This document shows, in pieces, positions 60,329 through 64,000 of a stretch of 64,000 nt of DNA. The position numbers and the translations under genes were made by a program. The first letter of the stretch is position 1. Every line of letters begins with the position of its first letter. This stretch comes from an uncultured Actinomycetota bacterium. GTDB taxonomy: Bacteria > Actinomycetota > Humimicrobiia > Humimicrobiales > Humimicrobiaceae. The stretch is taken from positions 753 to 64,752 of the forward strand of contig CAZGTW010000001.1 in assembly GCA_964528815.1 (NCBI GenBank). Reading direction: 5' to 3'. The notes under the pieces are model-generated. The model did no database searches, was not told the DNA's origin, and saw nothing but the letters and a program-made list of their open reading frames with translations.

Positions 60329-60442
60329 CTAATAGTATTAATATATAATATTAATGTATCACTTTGTTTATTACTGTATTTCTTAAAATTTCTATCTCAA
60401 AGCATAGATTTCTATTTAACTTTTACTACGGAAGGCAAACTT

Positions 60443-60736
60443 ATGTATGTATGTAATAATTGCGGAAACAGGGAAAAGTTCATAGGTTATGCAGAAGAAA
60501 AAGGCAGCGCTACAATTCTGCAGCATATCAATAGCCGTGATGAAAATTTATTTATAAATGAAACGCCGGATTACAGCTTAATTTCTGCAAGCATATCCGA
60601 TAAAAAAAGTAATACTTCCGGTTTTAAATACCAGGACTTTTCCTGGTTTTATAATATATCTGATTGCGGGTGGAAAGGATATTTAAAAATAAAAAGGTGC
60701 TATTACTGTTTATCTGAAGACATCTCTGCTTTTTAA
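60443..60736 (+). CDS. hypothetical small protein with N- and C-terminal CxxC pairs (zinc-ribbon-like)
   Basis: 97 aa; CNNCGN...CYYC. Has its own promoter; the stop overlaps the convergent downstream gene by 4 nt. Confidence 0.5.
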   Translation: MYVCNNCGNREKFIGYAEEKGSATILQHINSRDENLFINETPDYSLISASISDKKSNTSGFKYQDFSWFYNISDCGWKGYLKIKRCYYCLSEDISAF

Positions 60737-61476
60737 AGGCCCAGGCACTGGAAATTAAAACCTTCTTTTTTTGCAACAAGATTACTTGCCTTAAGTAACG
60801 ACTCAAAAGTGCCTGCGTCGGTCCACCAGCCATTTATCATCGAATAAGTCATTATGTTTTTATTTATATAGACATTATTAACATCTGTGATCTCAAGCTC
60901 TCCTCTGCCTGACGGCCTCAATTCCCTGATAATGTCAAATACCTTATTGTCATAAAGATACAGGCCGCAAACAGCATAATTGCTCTTGGGTTTTTGTGGT
61001 TTTTCTTCAATATTGAGTACTATGCCATCTTTTATTTCTGCAACACCGAATCTTTCCGGATCGGGCACTTCTTTTAAAAATATCCTTGAACCTTCATTTT
61101 GTTTATCAAATTCTTTTATATCTTCAGTAACGTCATCTTCGACAATATTATCACCAAGCATAACAAATATTTTTTCACCTTCAGCAAAATTCTCTGCCAG
61201 CCTCAATGCATCAGCAATTCCGCCTTCGCCTTCCTGGTATGTGTAACTTATATCTTTTAAACCGAATTCCCTGCCATTGCCTAGTATTCTTAAGAAATCT
61301 CCGGCATAATTTCCTCCTGTTACTATCATGATATCTGTGAGTCCGGCATTTACCATTGTAATCAGCGGGTAATAAATCATAGGTTTGTTAAATACAGGTA
61401 AAAGATGTTTATTTGTAACTTTTGTACAAGGAAATAGCCTTGTTCCAAGCCCTCCTGCTAAAATAATACCTTTCAT
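60733..61476 (-). CDS. sugar-phosphate nucleotidyltransferase (glucose-1-phosphate thymidylyl/uridylyltransferase-like, short form)
   Basis: 247 aa; MKGIILAGGLGTRLFP...K motif of the NTP-transferase family. Confidence 0.85.
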   Translation of the reverse strand: MKGIILAGGLGTRLFPCTKVTNKHLLPVFNKPMIYYPLITMVNAGLTDIMIVTGGNYAGDFLRILGNGREFGLKDISYTYQEGEGGIADALRLAENFAEGEKIFVMLGDNIVEDDVTEDIKEFDKQNEGSRIFLKEVPDPERFGVAEIKDGIVLNIEEKPQKPKSNYAVCGLYLYDNKVFDIIRELRPSGRGELEITDVNNVYINKNIMTYSMINGWWTDAGTFESLLKASNLVAKKEGFNFQCLGL

Positions 61477-61498
61477 TTAAATATCATTGCCCCTTTCC

Positions 61499-62374
61499 CT
61501 AAATCTTTTTTGTTGCAGACAATATAAAAACAATTATTGCTATTACTATACAATATATGGCGAAATAATTTAAATTCCTTGTCCTGGAAAATCTCACCAG
61601 GAACCTGATTGCAATATAACCCGAAAGAAATGCAAATATAAAACCGGCGGCAATACCTGCTATTGTAGCGGTATCAAGCATTTTTATTTCACCGGCTGAT
61701 TTATATGCTTCAAAAATAAATGCTCCCAGAATTACAGGAATTGAAAGCAGCATCGAAAACCTTACGCTATCTTCCCTTTTTAAACCAAGAAACCTGCCTG
61801 TTGAAATCGTTGAACCGGACCTTGATATGCCTGGAAGAATAGCAATTGCCTGGCTTATACCAATAATAATAGCCTTCCAGTAAGAAAAGCCTGAATAAAT
61901 TTCTGTATTTTCAGTTTGCCCTGCAATATTGGTTATATTTCTTTTTGCTTCTATTTTTCTTCCTGTAAATTCTCCAAAAAACAAAAGTGCTGCCGTTACA
62001 ATAAGGAAAATTGCTGTATATAAAGGTTTTGAAAAGAATCCTTCAATCAAATCACCGGTTAAGAATCCTGCTGCTGCAGCAGGAACTGATGCAATTATTA
62101 TAAAAAGTGAGACTTTAAAATACCGGTTTTCTTTCCTTGCTTTCCTGCTGAAAATACCGGTAAAAAAAGCCCTTATTATCCTCCATACTTCTCTGTACAA
62201 TACTGCAGCAAGGGAGAAAACCGTCGCAAGATGCAGCATGACAGTAAAATATACAGGTATATATTTCCAGCCAAATAAAAAAGGCACTATTACAAGGTGC
62301 CCTGAGCTGCTTACCGGGAAAAATTCAGTAAAACCCTGTATTATACCAAGTATTGCAGCTTTCAGTATTTCCAT
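61499..62374 (-). CDS. uppP: undecaprenyl-diphosphatase (BacA/UppP)
   Basis: 291 aa; GFTEFFPVSSSGHL and SRSGSTI motifs; 8 TM segments. Confidence 0.9.
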   Translation of the reverse strand: MEILKAAILGIIQGFTEFFPVSSSGHLVIVPFLFGWKYIPVYFTVMLHLATVFSLAAVLYREVWRIIRAFFTGIFSRKARKENRYFKVSLFIIIASVPAAAAGFLTGDLIEGFFSKPLYTAIFLIVTAALLFFGEFTGRKIEAKRNITNIAGQTENTEIYSGFSYWKAIIIGISQAIAILPGISRSGSTISTGRFLGLKREDSVRFSMLLSIPVILGAFIFEAYKSAGEIKMLDTATIAGIAAGFIFAFLSGYIAIRFLVRFSRTRNLNYFAIYCIVIAIIVFILSATKKI

Positions 62375-62393
62375 GCTTAAAAACCTTTCATTA

Positions 62394-63764
62394 TCAGGTT
62401 CCGCTTACAGTTATATCTTTTACAAGCATTGAAGAGCTTCCAATATACCCTGATGCCGGCATAAACTTTATATCATTTGCAACTTCATCCAGGTTCAAAC
62501 AAAAACTGAGGATATCCGTAGCTATGGTTACTTCTTTAACAGGAAACGCCATTTCACCTTTTTCGATAAATATTCCCTTTGCACCTACGCTTATCTGCCC
62601 GGAAATTGGATTTGTACCCGAATGCAGCCCTATTATATCCATAACATAAAATCCCCTGCCTGTTTTGCTGAGTATTTCTTCTACGGTTTTTTCTGAAGGC
62701 TCGATATAGAAATTTGATATTCCGGTTTCGGGAGGTGATTTGTATGAAGCCCTGGCAGCGTTTCCGGTTGAAAGTGTCTTATCTTTTCTGGCAGTATAAG
62801 TGTTATAAAGATAAGATTTTAATATTCCCTTCTCGAAAACAATGGTCCTGCCTTTCGGGACGCCCTCGCTGTCAAACGGCCTTGAGGCCATGCCATTTTC
62901 CAGAGTCCCGTCATCGGCAATGTTAAAATCTTTTGAAAATATCCTTGTTCCCATCTTTCCGGCCAGCAGTGATTTACCTTTCTGGACAGCATCTGCACAG
63001 CTGATACCTGCGATTATTCCGAGAAACTGTACAGCTACAAAAGGGTCAAGCAAAAGATCTGTTGTCTGTGACTTTATTTTCTTTGCTCCAAGAAGCTTAA
63101 CCGAGCGGTACGCGGCCTTATCTGCGATGTTTTCTATATCAATATCCTGCGGGCATCTTGCAAAGCCGAAATAATCTCCTGTTGAAACATCTTCGCCGCT
63201 CCTTGAAATAAGGCCAAGGTACAGGAACGCTGAGGAGGTCCTGTAGCTGTCCTCAAAGCCATTACTGTTTATAATTGCTACTTCGGAAATACTGTCATCA
63301 TATATAAGCTCACTGACGCCACTTATCCTTTTGTCTTTCTTTTTGGCAAGTATTTCCAGCTGTTTTGCCATATTGATTTTATCTTCAGTTGAAAGTTCAT
63401 TTATTTTTGCTGAAAAAAGATTTTCACGGCCTGCTGTTTGCAGCGGATAATTATAATCTTTTGCCAGGGGCAAATAGTTGTTTTCGTCAGGGCCTGTGAC
63501 TCTTGAATTCTCTATGGCTTTTTCTATACATTTATCAATTTCATCTTCATTCATATTGGAAGTATAGGCATATCCCATCTTTTTTTCCTTAAAGACCCTC
63601 AAGCCGATACCTTTAGTATCAGAAAAAGATAAGCTTTCCACATTTCCATTAAAAACTTCTATTTCATTATGTATTGATGAGGCCATAAAGACCTCATACT
63701 CATCCACTTTTTTTCTGCTGGCAGCCAGAGCTGCTTTTTTGCATAAATCAATTAGTTCAACCAA
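62394..63764 (-). CDS. TldD/PmbA family (peptidase U62) protein
   Basis: 456 aa; family-typical C-terminal Gly-rich region. Confidence 0.85.
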   Translation of the reverse strand: MVELIDLCKKAALAASRKKVDEYEVFMASSIHNEIEVFNGNVESLSFSDTKGIGLRVFKEKKMGYAYTSNMNEDEIDKCIEKAIENSRVTGPDENNYLPLAKDYNYPLQTAGRENLFSAKINELSTEDKINMAKQLEILAKKKDKRISGVSELIYDDSISEVAIINSNGFEDSYRTSSAFLYLGLISRSGEDVSTGDYFGFARCPQDIDIENIADKAAYRSVKLLGAKKIKSQTTDLLLDPFVAVQFLGIIAGISCADAVQKGKSLLAGKMGTRIFSKDFNIADDGTLENGMASRPFDSEGVPKGRTIVFEKGILKSYLYNTYTARKDKTLSTGNAARASYKSPPETGISNFYIEPSEKTVEEILSKTGRGFYVMDIIGLHSGTNPISGQISVGAKGIFIEKGEMAFPVKEVTIATDILSFCLNLDEVANDIKFMPASGYIGSSSMLVKDITVSGT

Positions 63765-63765
63765 T

Positions 63766-64000
63766 TTAAACCTGTGTCCCTCCTACAGTAATACTGCCTA
63801 TAAGTATTGTGGGCTGGCCGACTTCATTTGATACTGACTGGCCCGCTTTTCCACAAAAACCTGGAGCAAAATCGAGGTCCTGCCCCACTGCTTCTATTTT
63901 CATCAGAATATCCGGACCATTGCCGATCAAAGTTGCTCCTTTTATAGGTTCGCATATCTTACCATTTTCAATAAGATAACCTTCACTTATTCCAAACACA
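63766..64000 (-). CDS. TldD/PmbA family protein, C-terminal fragment (gene continues beyond window end)
   Basis: 77 aa visible, ending ...GSITVGG; it forms a tandem pair with the downstream paralogue. Confidence 0.75.
   Translation of the reverse strand, partial: VFGISEGYLIENGKICEPIKGATLIGNGPDILMKIEAVGQDLDFAPGFCGKAGQSVSNEVGQPTILIGSITVGGTQV

Noticed and set aside
1-64000. CRISPR arrays, tRNA/rRNA genes, IS elements, prophage or defence islands
   Set aside because: No direct-repeat arrays, no cloverleaf-like GC-rich intergenic segments, no transposase/integrase-with-att signatures. Every gap over 150 bp is explained by promoters or attenuators, and the single Xer-type recombinase has no cargo.

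Overview
Low-GC (about one-third G+C by eye) bacterial chromosomal segment, densely packed with conserved housekeeping genes. Almost all genes run on the minus strand with short intergenic gaps. Gene order is Firmicutes/Thermotogae-like: (1) recD2-proS-ispG-rseP-uppS-frr-pyrH-tsf-rpsB; (2) a Xer recombinase, an unknown, dprA and comM; (3) yraN-rnhB-lepB-rplS-trmD-rimM-KH-rpsP-ffh-ftsY-smc-rnc-acpP-plsX; (4) a DRTGG protein, rpmF, an unknown, coaD, rsmD, yloV; (5) rpmB and rsmB-fmt-def-priA-metK-coaBC-rpoZ-gmk plus an mIHF-like gene; (6) a complete PyrR-controlled pyrimidine operon pyrR-pyrB-pyrC-carA-carB-pyrK-pyrD-pyrF-pyrE with a recognisable PyrR-binding loop and attenuator terminator; (7) lspA-ileS, trxA, uppP and a tldD/pmbA pair. 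The only plus-strand block is a small island at about 50.4-53.9 kb: an Fe-S-type Rrf2 regulator, a secreted CARDB/NEW3-like repeat protein, and an ABC-2 ATPase and permease. I find no rRNA, tRNA, CRISPR array, transposase, integrase-bounded island, restriction-modification, toxin-antitoxin or recognisable defence genes. I cannot honestly point to a dramatic novel system here. The most interesting items are lineage-specific departures from the canonical gene set: a 794-aa SMC with no obvious hinge; a stand-alone Pta-N/DRTGG protein in the FapR slot ahead of plsX-acpP; PriA with degenerate Walker motifs; the Rrf2/CARDB/ABC island; and an RsmD that needs a non-ATG start. All are flagged with modest interest.
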